Below are positions 21,277 through 30,902 of a stretch of 64,000 nucleotides of DNA, one piece after another. The notes under the pieces were generated by a model. The model had not been told where the DNA came from, made no database searches, and saw nothing but the letters and a program-made list of their open reading frames with translations. This DNA comes from Armatimonadota bacterium (lineage in GTDB: Bacteria > Armatimonadota > HRBIN16): positions 3,968,001 through 4,032,000 of the forward strand of contig OY781964.1 of assembly GCA_963677485.1 (NCBI GenBank), in the 5' to 3' direction. Position 1 is the stretch's first letter; the number at the start of each line of letters is the position of its first letter. A program made the position numbers and the translations under genes.

Positions 21277-22809
21277 GTGATCCATATGACGAACCGAAAC
21301 AAGAATATCTATGTGCTTATGAGATTTGTAGGCATGATATGCCTGGGCATGGTTTTGTTCGCCGTGTCAGGTGCCAACTGCAAGGAGATGAAGGTGGAGA
21401 AAAGCAAGATAGTAACCAGCGAAACAGGTTTTGAAGGAGCCGTCACCGTCGCCAATGAGCAGGTGACCGATGGATTGATCAGTGTGACAGTAAATGTGCC
21501 CTACATTGATATCTACGGCAAACCCAAGATGGGGAAGGCGCGGTTGTTCATGCGCGAAGACAAGTATAAGCCCGGTGCGAAGCTCCCGCTGGTCAGCATA
21601 GCCCATTACGAAACCGACCTGGGCACTGCCCGAGCGGTTTGTGATGCGGGATGGGCTGCGGTGACACCCCACTACGGCAATGTAGCGGATGGGGAATATC
21701 CTTTGGAGTTCTGTGCCGGTGACAGCGTGAACCTGGCCAAGGCGATCAACCAGTGGGCGCGGCGGCTGCCGTTTATTGACCGAAACCATATGCATATCTA
21801 CGGTGGCAGTGCGGGCGGATATATGACACTTGCCATGTGCGCTGAGTGCTTCCCTGTGTCGTCAGCCTATGCGGGGATGCCTTTGTTTAACTTAGCATAT
21901 AACGTGAATTATCTGCACACGAACAGTAAATACACAGAGATGATGACCAGCGACGGTAAAGACAGAATTTTGCCGGTGATCGCGGTTGTGGTGCCTATTG
22001 CGGACCAGGCTTGTGCGATCTACGGCGATAATCTGGCCGACGACAAGTGGTATTATCTCAGCCCGCTGTCTTATCTGGACCGCATCACCTGTCCGATCGT
22101 GGTGACGGGGGCCACAGGCGATACGCTGTGCCCATCTACACAATTGACCGCCCAGCATGTGACTTCACCGGACGGGCAGGGCTTCCCTGAAGGCTTTTCG
22201 ATGGACTTCAACAGCCTGACCAAAGTCGACCTGGCCCGAAAAAGGCTGGACGAGGTGATCCCGGCTGATAGTCTGAAGATGATCGTATTACCTAAACCAG
22301 CCGATGCCGTTGAAATGGGATATAAGCAAGTGATTGGTGGGGAGCCAGCGCCGCCAGAAGTGGCCATGATGAAGCTGGTAGAGATTCCGTGGAGCAAAGA
22401 TAAACAATGGACGCTGTTGCTTCATGATGAAGGAGCACCGGCACCCTATTCTGGGCACTTCCGGTATTTCTGGAACGAGGCATCCGCTTGGGGCTTCGCC
22501 GCGCTTCATCAAACCGAAACGCCATCGCCTGCCATTCTCAATGCGGCGAAACTGGCGCGGCTGATGGACCGGTATATGGGAATCTCAGACCGCCAGGTCA
22601 CGCTGGCCGACGGCTCACCTCTGCATCGCCTGAACTATGAGGGCATCGAAAAGCTGGATGTGGTGACCGGCCTGCTAGACTACGCCGACATGGGAGCTGC
22701 CCATCTGGCGCGTTTGAAAGAGCTATATAAGGCTTCCGCCACGCAGCCGTTTGGTCCCAGCCTGGAGCGAGAGGAGTTGGTGAAGATGCGCGAGGAGTTG
22801 CTTCGGTAG
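21277..22809 (+). CDS. Exported alpha/beta-hydrolase-like hypothetical protein
   Basis: Hydrophobic N-terminus; nucleophile elbow IDRNHMHIYGGSAGGY; G..D..C segment. Start may be ATG 21287 after GAGGTG. Confidence 0.6.
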   Translation: MIHMTNRNKNIYVLMRFVGMICLGMVLFAVSGANCKEMKVEKSKIVTSETGFEGAVTVANEQVTDGLISVTVNVPYIDIYGKPKMGKARLFMREDKYKPGAKLPLVSIAHYETDLGTARAVCDAGWAAVTPHYGNVADGEYPLEFCAGDSVNLAKAINQWARRLPFIDRNHMHIYGGSAGGYMTLAMCAECFPVSSAYAGMPLFNLAYNVNYLHTNSKYTEMMTSDGKDRILPVIAVVVPIADQACAIYGDNLADDKWYYLSPLSYLDRITCPIVVTGATGDTLCPSTQLTAQHVTSPDGQGFPEGFSMDFNSLTKVDLARKRLDEVIPADSLKMIVLPKPADAVEMGYKQVIGGEPAPPEVAMMKLVEIPWSKDKQWTLLLHDEGAPAPYSGHFRYFWNEASAWGFAALHQTETPSPAILNAAKLARLMDRYMGISDRQVTLADGSPLHRLNYEGIEKLDVVTGLLDYADMGAAHLARLKELYKASATQPFGPSLEREELVKMREELLR

Positions 22810-23045
22810 GGGCGGGGTCACCCCGCCCTGGTGTAGGGTGCCGTAGGGGCAGGCTCCCGTGCCTGCCCTGATGTAGGTGGCACCCCCCCGTATTGTCTGA
22901 ACCACGGATTACGTGGATTTGTAAGATGACACGGATGGGGAGGGACCGGGCAGATCGCCCCTGGGAACGCCAATCTCCCGATTGGCTTCTCCCTCTCCCA
23001 TCCGCATATTTTCGGTTTGGGCACGGCACGCCATGCCCCTTGTAC
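22806..23045. repeat. Cluster of REP-like palindromes from several families
   Basis: GTAGGGGCGGGGTCACCCCGCCC; GTAGGGGCAGGCTCCCGTGCCTGCCC; ACCACGGATTACGTGGATT..GACACGGAT; CCCTGGGAACGCCAATCTCCCGATTGGC (22959-22986); GGGCACGGCACGCCATGCCCC. Confidence 0.75.
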
Positions 23046-23050
23046 GAGCT

Positions 23051-23968
23051 TCACCCCAACAGCAGGCTGTCCAGCGCCTCGGCCAGTGCCTCCGGTGTGG
23101 CTTTGCTGACTACATAGGCGTGCTTACCATCGGCATCTGGCTGCCAGGTCGATACCCCGCGGTCGTCGATGGTGAGCGTGCCCCAGGCGGACTGGCCCAC
23201 CAGCTCGCTTTCGCCGCGTACCGCATAGAGCACCGTGACCAAATCCCATGACGAGCGGCCACCCTCGCCGATATACAGCCTGTAGGCCAGCGGCAGGGGA
23301 TGCTCCTCAGGATACTCGCTCAGATTGGCGCAGGTGATCACCGTATCACCCATCTCGTATCCGCAGAAAATCACCGGCACGGGCGATCGGTTCACCACAA
23401 CCTGGGCGGCTTTGATGTCCATCTCCACATTCCACTCGGCAAACTGCACGCCGTGTTTCGTGGGGTCAAAACAACCCGCCATGCACACGATCTTGCTCAC
23501 CTTCTGCGCCACCAGCTCCACACCGGAGAGGGGACTGAACTCATCGCCTGGTGAGAGCAGCAGCTCACCGATGTTGTTCAGCGGGCCGATGGTGACAAGC
23601 ACCACGCTGCCGGCTTCCGCGGAGGCCAGACTCTGGCGCAGCACAGGCAGGGCGAACGGAAAGTCGATTTGCTCATCGCCCAGGAAGCGTTCAGAGACGG
23701 CACGATTGTATTTCTGGTGCAGCTCCTCCGACAGGAAATCGGGTCGCGGACACTGACCGACCGGCACCGGATAACCATAGTAGCGGTTGATCACCTCAGC
23801 GCATCGCGGTCCCCAGTGGTAGGAGGCGCAGCAGGTGATGGCCAGAATCTCGGCCTCCTGCATCTTCCGCAACTGGTGCAGTACGCAGACCGCGCCCACA
23901 TCATCGCAATCGGGCCCGATGTCCGTGTCGACGATGACCACTGGTTTTTTGTTGAGTTCGTTTGACAT
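23051..23968 (-). CDS. Inosine/uridine nucleoside hydrolase-like protein (cytoplasmic)
   Basis: VIVDTDIGPDCDD, IGPLNNI, MAG, EWN...D..AA, SWD. Start ATG 23968 after GGAGAG; the longer ORF-track start overlaps the divergent gene. Confidence 0.85.
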   Translation of the reverse strand: MSNELNKKPVVIVDTDIGPDCDDVGAVCVLHQLRKMQEAEILAITCCASYHWGPRCAEVINRYYGYPVPVGQCPRPDFLSEELHQKYNRAVSERFLGDEQIDFPFALPVLRQSLASAEAGSVVLVTIGPLNNIGELLLSPGDEFSPLSGVELVAQKVSKIVCMAGCFDPTKHGVQFAEWNVEMDIKAAQVVVNRSPVPVIFCGYEMGDTVITCANLSEYPEEHPLPLAYRLYIGEGGRSSWDLVTVLYAVRGESELVGQSAWGTLTIDDRGVSTWQPDADGKHAYVVSKATPEALAEALDSLLLG

Positions 23969-24157
23969 TTTTGCGTGCTCTCCCTGGTTTGTTGTTTCAC
24001 CCGGTAGAGTATAGAGCATTTGGGCTGTTGAGGCAACGGGCGGGAGTGAGCGAACCACCGATGGCGCGGAGGTGACTTGGATACGGCGTTTTGCAACTCT
24101 CCGGTATGCTATAAGGAGTATTTGACGGTCGTCTTGCTTCAAATCTGGGGGAAATCC

Positions 24158-26746
24158 ATGCGTCACGCCATTCTGTTTGTCGTTATTATGTGCGTCGGCT
24201 TGATGAGCTCTGCGCGTGCCGGAGCACCGCCCGACATTTGGATTGAGGCGGAAAGCTGCGTCGACCACAATTGGCAAGGGCCAGCCGATTTTCCCGGAGT
24301 TGTAAGCGGCGAGAAGATACTACGTCTCTGGAGCGATATTGATCCTGGGCCGGAGGGGTACCATGCCCGGTTGCCGTTCCAGACGGATCGGGCGGGGAAG
24401 TATTACCTGTGGGTGGGCGTATCCGTCAATAGTGTGTCGCCGTTTAGCTGGAGTATCGATGACGGACCATGGTACAGCAGCGAAGAAATCCCGGATGGAG
24501 ATGTCGGTAATATCTACGGGGTCTCAGATTGCATGGTGTGGGTGCGACTGGGTGCCGCCACGCTAAAACCAGGACATCATTCCCTCACACTCAAGGTCAC
24601 AAACCGACGTATAATCTATATTCTTCCAGAAAAGTACCTGCTGTATATGGATGCGGTGCTCGTTACGGCACGAGACGTGCGGCCCGATGGGTTGGTCACG
24701 CCAGCGGAGTTGCCGCGTTTGAAACCCATGGCAAAGCTGAAAACAGAAAAGATCGTGCCGGCCAAGCGTGCCATGAAACCTGGTCCGCCGATGTTGCTGG
24801 GTTCGGAAGCCGGACAAGCCCGAATGAACCGAATGCTGGCCTCGTTGGGGTTCAATTGTCTTCAGACAGACGACGACCACCTCACCGTCAACGAGCTGGC
24901 GCCCGGCAACTGGGATTGGAGCGCCGGTGATGCGGGGTTGGCAGCGGCACAAGCCGCAGGGGTGGCATGGCAGTACTTCCCGCATTTTCACTGGGCACCC
25001 GACTGGCTTGCGAAGACGGACCGGTTCGTGCCATCCGTGGGGTTGAATACCGGACGGAAGTTACGGGCTATGTCCATCTGGGACCCCAATTTGCCGGAAT
25101 GGTATGAGCATTGTTACGGCGCATTGGCTGCACATTACGGCACCAAGATTGCGTCTATCTACCTGGCGATCTATGGCGACTTCGGCGAGGCCACCTTCCC
25201 ACTGGGGCTGCACCCTATTGAGAAGAAGAAGTTCGGTGATAATGGTTCGGCCTGCCCGGACTACTGGTGCGGCGACGAGTGTGCGCGGACGTCATTCCGT
25301 GACTGGGCACGGCGTAAATACACCACGCTTTCATCCTTGGGCGCGGCATGGGGTATATCGCCCGGGAGTTGGGGTGAGGTGAGTTATCCGCAGCAGACGG
25401 TCTTTCCTTACCAGGCGATCAAATGGCCTGAACAGATGACTGTGCCTGAGCGTCGATACTGGCTGGACTTTCTGACGTGGTACCACGATTCTTTGACCGC
25501 ACATGCGGCCATGGTTGCGCGGACAGCACGCAGGCACTTTCCGAAGGCGCGGCTGGTGCTGCCGGTCGGCAACGGCGAAGAACAGGTGGTCACCGGTGCC
25601 GATCTTTCGGCACTGGTGAAGATTTGCCGTGAGACCGGTGCCGAAATACGATCGACCCATGGTGGCGTGTATCCGGTGCCAACCAACTTGTCATCCTTGT
25701 TGCGCCGGCTGGCCAGCGCATCGCAGCTCTACGGAGTTCCGTTCTGGTCGGAGCCTCCGGGTGGGATGGGCACTAACCAGATGGTTGGACGTATCTTCGA
25801 GTCGCTTTCTTGCCGGGCGAGCGGCTTCTATGACTTTTTCGCCGATCCGGTCGGCAACGCCAAGGTGTTCCGAAAATACAAGCAGTTCATGACCCGTGAA
25901 GAGACTGTGTGCGATGTGGCGATGCTGTTCCCGTCAACAGACCATATGCTGCGGTCGATGGTGGGATACCCGACGGGGCTGCTCAAAATGGGCCCCATGC
26001 TGCGCAGCACGATGGACTTCGACATCATCGACGAGCGGATGATTTCGGATGGTGCGCTGAAGTCGATTCGTGTGCTGATCTCCACTGATGGGGCATTTTT
26101 CGAACCTGAGACACTGACGCGTATCGAAGCGTGGTTGAGGGACGGTGGAGTGCTGGTACGAGGGGCTGTGCCGATGATGACCATCGAAGGCGACACCACG
26201 GTCTGGAACCGGATATCCGGCATGAGCAGCAACACCGCCGCCGCCCTGAAGAACGAACCCGCGGCCGACGACTGGTCATCCGGTATGATCAGCGAATCCA
26301 CGGCTCCGGGTAATGCTGAGATTGTGAATGGTGCCTTTCTTGGCTACACAGCGGAGGCCATCGCGGAGCGAAAAATCACCGGCTGCGACGATGTTTCCTT
26401 CGCCGCGAAGGAGCTGGCAACCGCGGGCGGGAAACCGGCTATCTGGGCGCGGCGCGTGGGCAGGGGATGGAGCATCATCTGTGCGGGAGGTCCACAGGAT
26501 GCACTCACCTTCAGGTCCGTGGTGCGCGATGCCGTTTATCGCCTGTCGGCGTTGGACCCGACAAAGAAGGACGCCCAGGAGTTGACACCTTCCGCCGCCT
26601 GGGGCAACTTATATACCCTGCTGCTCAAGTCCGGCGAGGTTATTGCTTACAACCACGGCGACACACCGGTGCGCTCCGCAATCGTGGGACGCGAGGTCAC
26701 GGTGGCCCCGCATTCGCTAGTGAGCGTCGGGCCAGTCATGAAGTGA
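24158..26746 (+). CDS. Secreted glycoside hydrolase-like protein (GH42/beta-galactosidase- or GH14-like TIM barrel with N-terminal CBM-like domain)
   Basis: Signal peptide MRHAILF..; WIEAE CBM-like start; E..PG.WDWS, H..P.W, GDFGE, F..W...KY..L..L..AWG, DF..WY, WSEP; trimerisation-like C-terminus. Confidence 0.65.
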   Translation: MRHAILFVVIMCVGLMSSARAGAPPDIWIEAESCVDHNWQGPADFPGVVSGEKILRLWSDIDPGPEGYHARLPFQTDRAGKYYLWVGVSVNSVSPFSWSIDDGPWYSSEEIPDGDVGNIYGVSDCMVWVRLGAATLKPGHHSLTLKVTNRRIIYILPEKYLLYMDAVLVTARDVRPDGLVTPAELPRLKPMAKLKTEKIVPAKRAMKPGPPMLLGSEAGQARMNRMLASLGFNCLQTDDDHLTVNELAPGNWDWSAGDAGLAAAQAAGVAWQYFPHFHWAPDWLAKTDRFVPSVGLNTGRKLRAMSIWDPNLPEWYEHCYGALAAHYGTKIASIYLAIYGDFGEATFPLGLHPIEKKKFGDNGSACPDYWCGDECARTSFRDWARRKYTTLSSLGAAWGISPGSWGEVSYPQQTVFPYQAIKWPEQMTVPERRYWLDFLTWYHDSLTAHAAMVARTARRHFPKARLVLPVGNGEEQVVTGADLSALVKICRETGAEIRSTHGGVYPVPTNLSSLLRRLASASQLYGVPFWSEPPGGMGTNQMVGRIFESLSCRASGFYDFFADPVGNAKVFRKYKQFMTREETVCDVAMLFPSTDHMLRSMVGYPTGLLKMGPMLRSTMDFDIIDERMISDGALKSIRVLISTDGAFFEPETLTRIEAWLRDGGVLVRGAVPMMTIEGDTTVWNRISGMSSNTAAALKNEPAADDWSSGMISESTAPGNAEIVNGAFLGYTAEAIAERKITGCDDVSFAAKELATAGGKPAIWARRVGRGWSIICAGGPQDALTFRSVVRDAVYRLSALDPTKKDAQELTPSAAWGNLYTLLLKSGEVIAYNHGDTPVRSAIVGREVTVAPHSLVSVGPVMK

Positions 26747-26898
26747 TGATGTGAGGACAGCCCATTGATATCCTGCGATTGGATGTGCAAAAACTGCTTT
26801 GCCGATTACCGCTTCGCGGCCATTTGCGGGATATCCGAGTCGGTCAGAAGGCACTCCTTAACTTGCGGACCTTCAAACAACAGCATGGCAAGGCTCCG

Positions 26899-29800
26899 TC
26901 ACTGGCCCAATAACAACCCGTCCATTAGCTTAGCCAGCTCTTCGGGTGTGCGTTTGTTCACCACATAGGCGTGCCGTCCGGTGCTAGATTTGCTCCATCG
27001 GGAAACACCCTTGTCATCGATGGTGATAGTGCCCCATTCAGACTGGCTCATCGCGCTGCCCTGAGCACCCAGGGCATACATAACGGTGATGGGATCCCAC
27101 GACGACCGTCCATTCTCGCCGATATACAGCCGGTAGGCCATCGGCAGAGGGTGGTTCGCTGGATATTTCGCCAGGTTGGTGCATGTGATCACACGGTCAC
27201 CCACCTCATAGCCACAGAAGATGACTGGCACAGGTGAGTCGTTCACCACGGTCTGAGCGGCCTTTATGTCCTGCTGCACATTCCATTCCGCAAATTCTGG
27301 CCCCATATAAGCAGGATCGAAGCAGCCAGCCATGCAGACGATGCGTGCCACTTTCGCTGCCACGAGTGCTCGCCCGGATTTAGGGCTGATGGCATCGGCA
27401 GGAGAGAGCAACAGATCGGCTATGTTGTTCAACGGGCCGACTGATACCAGCACCACACTGCCGTCCTCCGAGGAGACCAGGCTGCTGCGTAACATATCGA
27501 GTGCTCTGCGAAAAGCGATGGGTTCGTCCCCAAGGAACCGCTCGGATACGGCACGGTTATACTTTTGGTGAATCTCATCGTCTAAAAATCCGGGCTTTGG
27601 GTAGGCACCCACTGCTACCGGTGAACCGCCAAAATATCTGTTGATCGCCTCCAGGCAACGCGGACCCCATTGGCTGGAAGTGCAGCAGGTGATGGCAAGT
27701 ATTTCGGCTTTGTGCGATCTTCGTAGCTCGTGTAACAGGCTGACCGCTCCCACATCATCGCAATCGGGGCCGATGTCTGTATCTAGTATTACCTTGGGTG
27801 TGCCAGTATACTTCGTTTGTACAACAGAAGAAGCGGGTTTCATCGCTTTTTGAACAGCCACCGGCTTGGCGGGAGCTGTCATAACGGCTGCCAACTGCTG
27901 GATTTCCGCATCAGTCAGCAACCGGTCATACACGCGCAGCCCCTTCAGCCCGCCGTTAGCTCCGCCGAGGGTGAACCGTGGCCGCACGGGTTCCAGGCTC
28001 TTGCAGCCGGCCTTCTCGAACATCCCATTGATGTACAGCGTGGGCTGACCGTTGCGGAACTGTACGCTGATATGGTTCCAGCCGGACAGGGCGTGTTCAG
28101 TGACCAGCAGCGAGGGCAGCCCACCCGCTTTGGCCGCGCAAACGCTGACGCCGTTTGTACCCACCGCGATGCCTATACCTGCAGACTTGCCATCTGCTTT
28201 ACCGTCCAGGCTGACGGGGGCCAGCGCGAAGGGTAGTCGGCGCGTGCCTGCGGTCTTGCCGAAGCTCCAGGCCACATTCGGGTTCTCTCCGCCGCTGGCA
28301 AGCTGCATCAGCTCGGTCGTAGAAAGGGCCCGCGGGTAGACTCGCACATCATCCAGTTGGCCCTTGTACCAGCCGTATCCGCCCATCGCGCCGCCCAGCC
28401 GGTTGAAATAGGGGTGTACGGTTTTTGTGCTCTTCAGCCCCACCTTCACCAGCGTGCCGTTGATGTAGAGGCTCGGTTTCTTCTTGTTGTAGACCAGCGT
28501 GATGAGGTTCCAGCCTGTGAGGGGACGGTCGGCGACGAGAGGCGAGGGCAGGTGGTTGTCAGCCAGCTCGAACACCGTCACACCGTTGGTGCCCACCGAA
28601 AGGCCGATGCCGGCTTCACCGCTGGAGCCGCCGAACTGGCTGGGTGCCAGCGCGTATCGCTGCTCCGAGAGGCCTGTGGCGCCGGTGCGCACCTCCGGTG
28701 TGGAGGCGCGGGTGGCCTCAGGTGCCGCCCAGAAGGAGACGGTGAAGGTGTCGGCGATCGACGACAGGCTTCCGCTGTTGAGCGTGACGTAGTCGGTGCT
28801 GCCGTTGAAGCTCAGCGCCTTGCCGAACTTGCCTTCGGTCCACGTGCAGCCGGTCAGCGTGCCTGGGTTGCCGCCGACCGAATCGGCCACTGCGATGCCT
28901 ACCGCTTCGTTCAGCTTCCACCAGGCGATACCAGATCCGCCGATACCATACTCGGTTTCGACGGTGGCGGTGCGTTTGGTCAGCGGCTTCGCCCAAAAGG
29001 CGACGGTGAAGTTGCCCTTCAACTTGGCCAGTTTGGATGATAGCGCAGGTGAGGAGCCTGGTTTCCATGTGGCGACAGGTGGGCCGCCTTCTGGTTTGCG
29101 CATCTCCACCACCAGCGAGTTGACATAGCTAGGGTAGCGGCTACTAATGAACGCCTTGGCATTCAACGCGCCGGATCGTGTTATCGCGATAGGCTTGGAA
29201 TACACACGGCTTTTCTGGGTGGGCAGGCTGCCGTCCAACATGTAGTAGATTATGGCACCAGGTGTGGCACTTGCTAGCGTGAATATCCGTGCGCCGGCCT
29301 TGTTTTCGATGCGCGTCACCATGGGCATGGCGGCGAACCTACCGTTCGCGATCTGCTGGTTGTTGCGGAAGGTGAACCACTCCGGCTGCTCTTCGAATGC
29401 GCGTTTGCCAGGCCTCGAGAAGAAGGTATTGTTGCTGAAGGTACCGCTGCCTTTGTTGGATTTGTTGATGTTCATCTCCACGTTCCATCTGGGGCTGAAG
29501 CGCACGTTTCCGCGGAATATGTTGTTGTCAAACAGTATATTGTTGTGGGTATAGTTGCCCATGAATAAAACCGACTCACCAGATGAGTTGTGCACATGGT
29601 TGTTTTGGAAAGTGACATCATCGGTGGGGCATTCGAAGTCATATGCGCAGCCGTCGGGTGAGCCGGGGTAGTCGCCCGCCCAGCCGAATTCGTTGTTGGT
29701 CACCTCGTTGCGGACGCCATCGCCGCCCTTCAGGTAGCCGGTGAGAACCTGCGTGTTGCCCAGCGGGAAGTAGGTCCATGGGTAGTTATACACAAACACG

Positions 29801-30585
29801 CTGTTGATGATGTCCTGGTTCTTGCCCCAGGTTTGGTAGACTTGGTTCCAACTGCCGTGGCTGATAGTGTTGCCGTCGAACAGCAGGTTGTTGGTAGAAC
29901 CGCCACGGGTGGGGTCACTGTTACTGCCGTGCAGGTCGGTCGAAAAGCACTGGGTTCTCAGCCCGATGCAGTTCTTTACCGTGACATTGTCCACCTGAGC
30001 GTTGATATCCCACCAGATCGCCTTGCCAGCGCGGTTATACATGCCCATTGGGTCGATCTGGGCGGCTGGCGGGCAGAGCGGGTCGTCTATATCATGGATG
30101 AACAGGTTTTCAAAGCGCAGGGTGTCGTAGACCCGCCGTTCGCGGTCGTCATACCGGATGTGGATGCCCGTCCAAGCGTAACCCAGTTCCAAATCGCGTA
30201 TGACAAAACCTGCGGAGTTATGGATGAAGATGCAGACCTGGTTCTTGCCCAGCGTGCGCTTGATATATGGCCGCTCACCCTTGCCGTAGGATGTGATGGT
30301 GATCGGGCTGCTTGGGGTGCCGTCACCGCGGAGAGTCAGCGTCTCATCCCAGATGTCGCCCGCTTTCAGCAGCAGCTTCTCGCCAGGCTGCCATGTCCTC
30401 GCCGAGGCGTTTGCCAGGCTCTTCCATGGGCCGTGGGTGCCGTTCCAGGCCGGAGCTAGCCCGTCATAACGGTCATGGCCGGACGACTGGCTTACGTAAT
30501 ATACCGTCCCAGCGAAGGATGCGATGGGGGCTATGAGCACACATAGGGTCATTATCGCGAATCCGAGCAGTAGCGTCTTCTTCAT
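26899..30585 (-). CDS. Secreted multidomain protein: right-handed beta-helix + FN3-associated (chitobiase C-terminal) + two LamG + nucleoside hydrolase
   Basis: Signal peptide; YYVS...G.D...G..PWKSL, PG..LLLKAG..W, PITITSYG.G.RP; TPGA.IYY.LDGS.PT..S..Y..PI; LamG G.LDDVRVY.RAL; C-terminal DTDIGPDCDD domain. Confidence 0.8.
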   Translation of the reverse strand: MKKTLLLGFAIMTLCVLIAPIASFAGTVYYVSQSSGHDRYDGLAPAWNGTHGPWKSLANASARTWQPGEKLLLKAGDIWDETLTLRGDGTPSSPITITSYGKGERPYIKRTLGKNQVCIFIHNSAGFVIRDLELGYAWTGIHIRYDDRERRVYDTLRFENLFIHDIDDPLCPPAAQIDPMGMYNRAGKAIWWDINAQVDNVTVKNCIGLRTQCFSTDLHGSNSDPTRGGSTNNLLFDGNTISHGSWNQVYQTWGKNQDIINSVFVYNYPWTYFPLGNTQVLTGYLKGGDGVRNEVTNNEFGWAGDYPGSPDGCAYDFECPTDDVTFQNNHVHNSSGESVLFMGNYTHNNILFDNNIFRGNVRFSPRWNVEMNINKSNKGSGTFSNNTFFSRPGKRAFEEQPEWFTFRNNQQIANGRFAAMPMVTRIENKAGARIFTLASATPGAIIYYMLDGSLPTQKSRVYSKPIAITRSGALNAKAFISSRYPSYVNSLVVEMRKPEGGPPVATWKPGSSPALSSKLAKLKGNFTVAFWAKPLTKRTATVETEYGIGGSGIAWWKLNEAVGIAVADSVGGNPGTLTGCTWTEGKFGKALSFNGSTDYVTLNSGSLSSIADTFTVSFWAAPEATRASTPEVRTGATGLSEQRYALAPSQFGGSSGEAGIGLSVGTNGVTVFELADNHLPSPLVADRPLTGWNLITLVYNKKKPSLYINGTLVKVGLKSTKTVHPYFNRLGGAMGGYGWYKGQLDDVRVYPRALSTTELMQLASGGENPNVAWSFGKTAGTRRLPFALAPVSLDGKADGKSAGIGIAVGTNGVSVCAAKAGGLPSLLVTEHALSGWNHISVQFRNGQPTLYINGMFEKAGCKSLEPVRPRFTLGGANGGLKGLRVYDRLLTDAEIQQLAAVMTAPAKPVAVQKAMKPASSVVQTKYTGTPKVILDTDIGPDCDDVGAVSLLHELRRSHKAEILAITCCTSSQWGPRCLEAINRYFGGSPVAVGAYPKPGFLDDEIHQKYNRAVSERFLGDEPIAFRRALDMLRSSLVSSEDGSVVLVSVGPLNNIADLLLSPADAISPKSGRALVAAKVARIVCMAGCFDPAYMGPEFAEWNVQQDIKAAQTVVNDSPVPVIFCGYEVGDRVITCTNLAKYPANHPLPMAYRLYIGENGRSSWDPITVMYALGAQGSAMSQSEWGTITIDDKGVSRWSKSSTGRHAYVVNKRTPEELAKLMDGLLLGQ

Positions 30586-30603
30586 ATCAGTTCCTTTGGT
30601 TCG

Positions 30604-30870
30604 TTAGTGGCCGTCCAGGTTCTTGATGATTCCCAGCGCGATGTCCGATAGAGCCCGGTGGACGGGTACTTCGCTGAACCCTTGATCGGTGTACCATTGG
30701 GCAATGGCATGAGCACTCCCTGCGCAGTCTTGAAAGCCCATGTGACTGTCAGAAAGAGTGTCAAATATCCGGCTGAGGTGGTCCGTGATGAAACCCGGTA
30801 CGATGTCGTCGGAATAAACTTCAGCCAGCACACTGGCAGCTTGTGATAGTATCGCGGCTCTGCTCTCCAT
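30604..30870 (-). CDS. Small acidic hypothetical protein (88 aa); candidate immunity/partner protein
   Basis: AAAAGGAG SD before ATG 30870; sits tightly between two co-oriented genes (gaps 32 and 18 nt). Confidence 0.6.
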   Translation of the reverse strand: MESRAAILSQAASVLAEVYSDDIVPGFITDHLSRIFDTLSDSHMGFQDCAGSAHAIAQWYTDQGFSEVPVHRALSDIALGIIKNLDGH

Positions 30871-30902
30871 GATGATGCTCCTTTTTTTATGATGCCATGA
30901 GG

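Noticed and set aside
23969-24277. Overlapping N-terminal extensions of the 23051-24277 and 24077-26746 ORFs
   Set aside because: Better starts exist at 23968 (SD) and 24158 (signal peptide), which removes the overlap.
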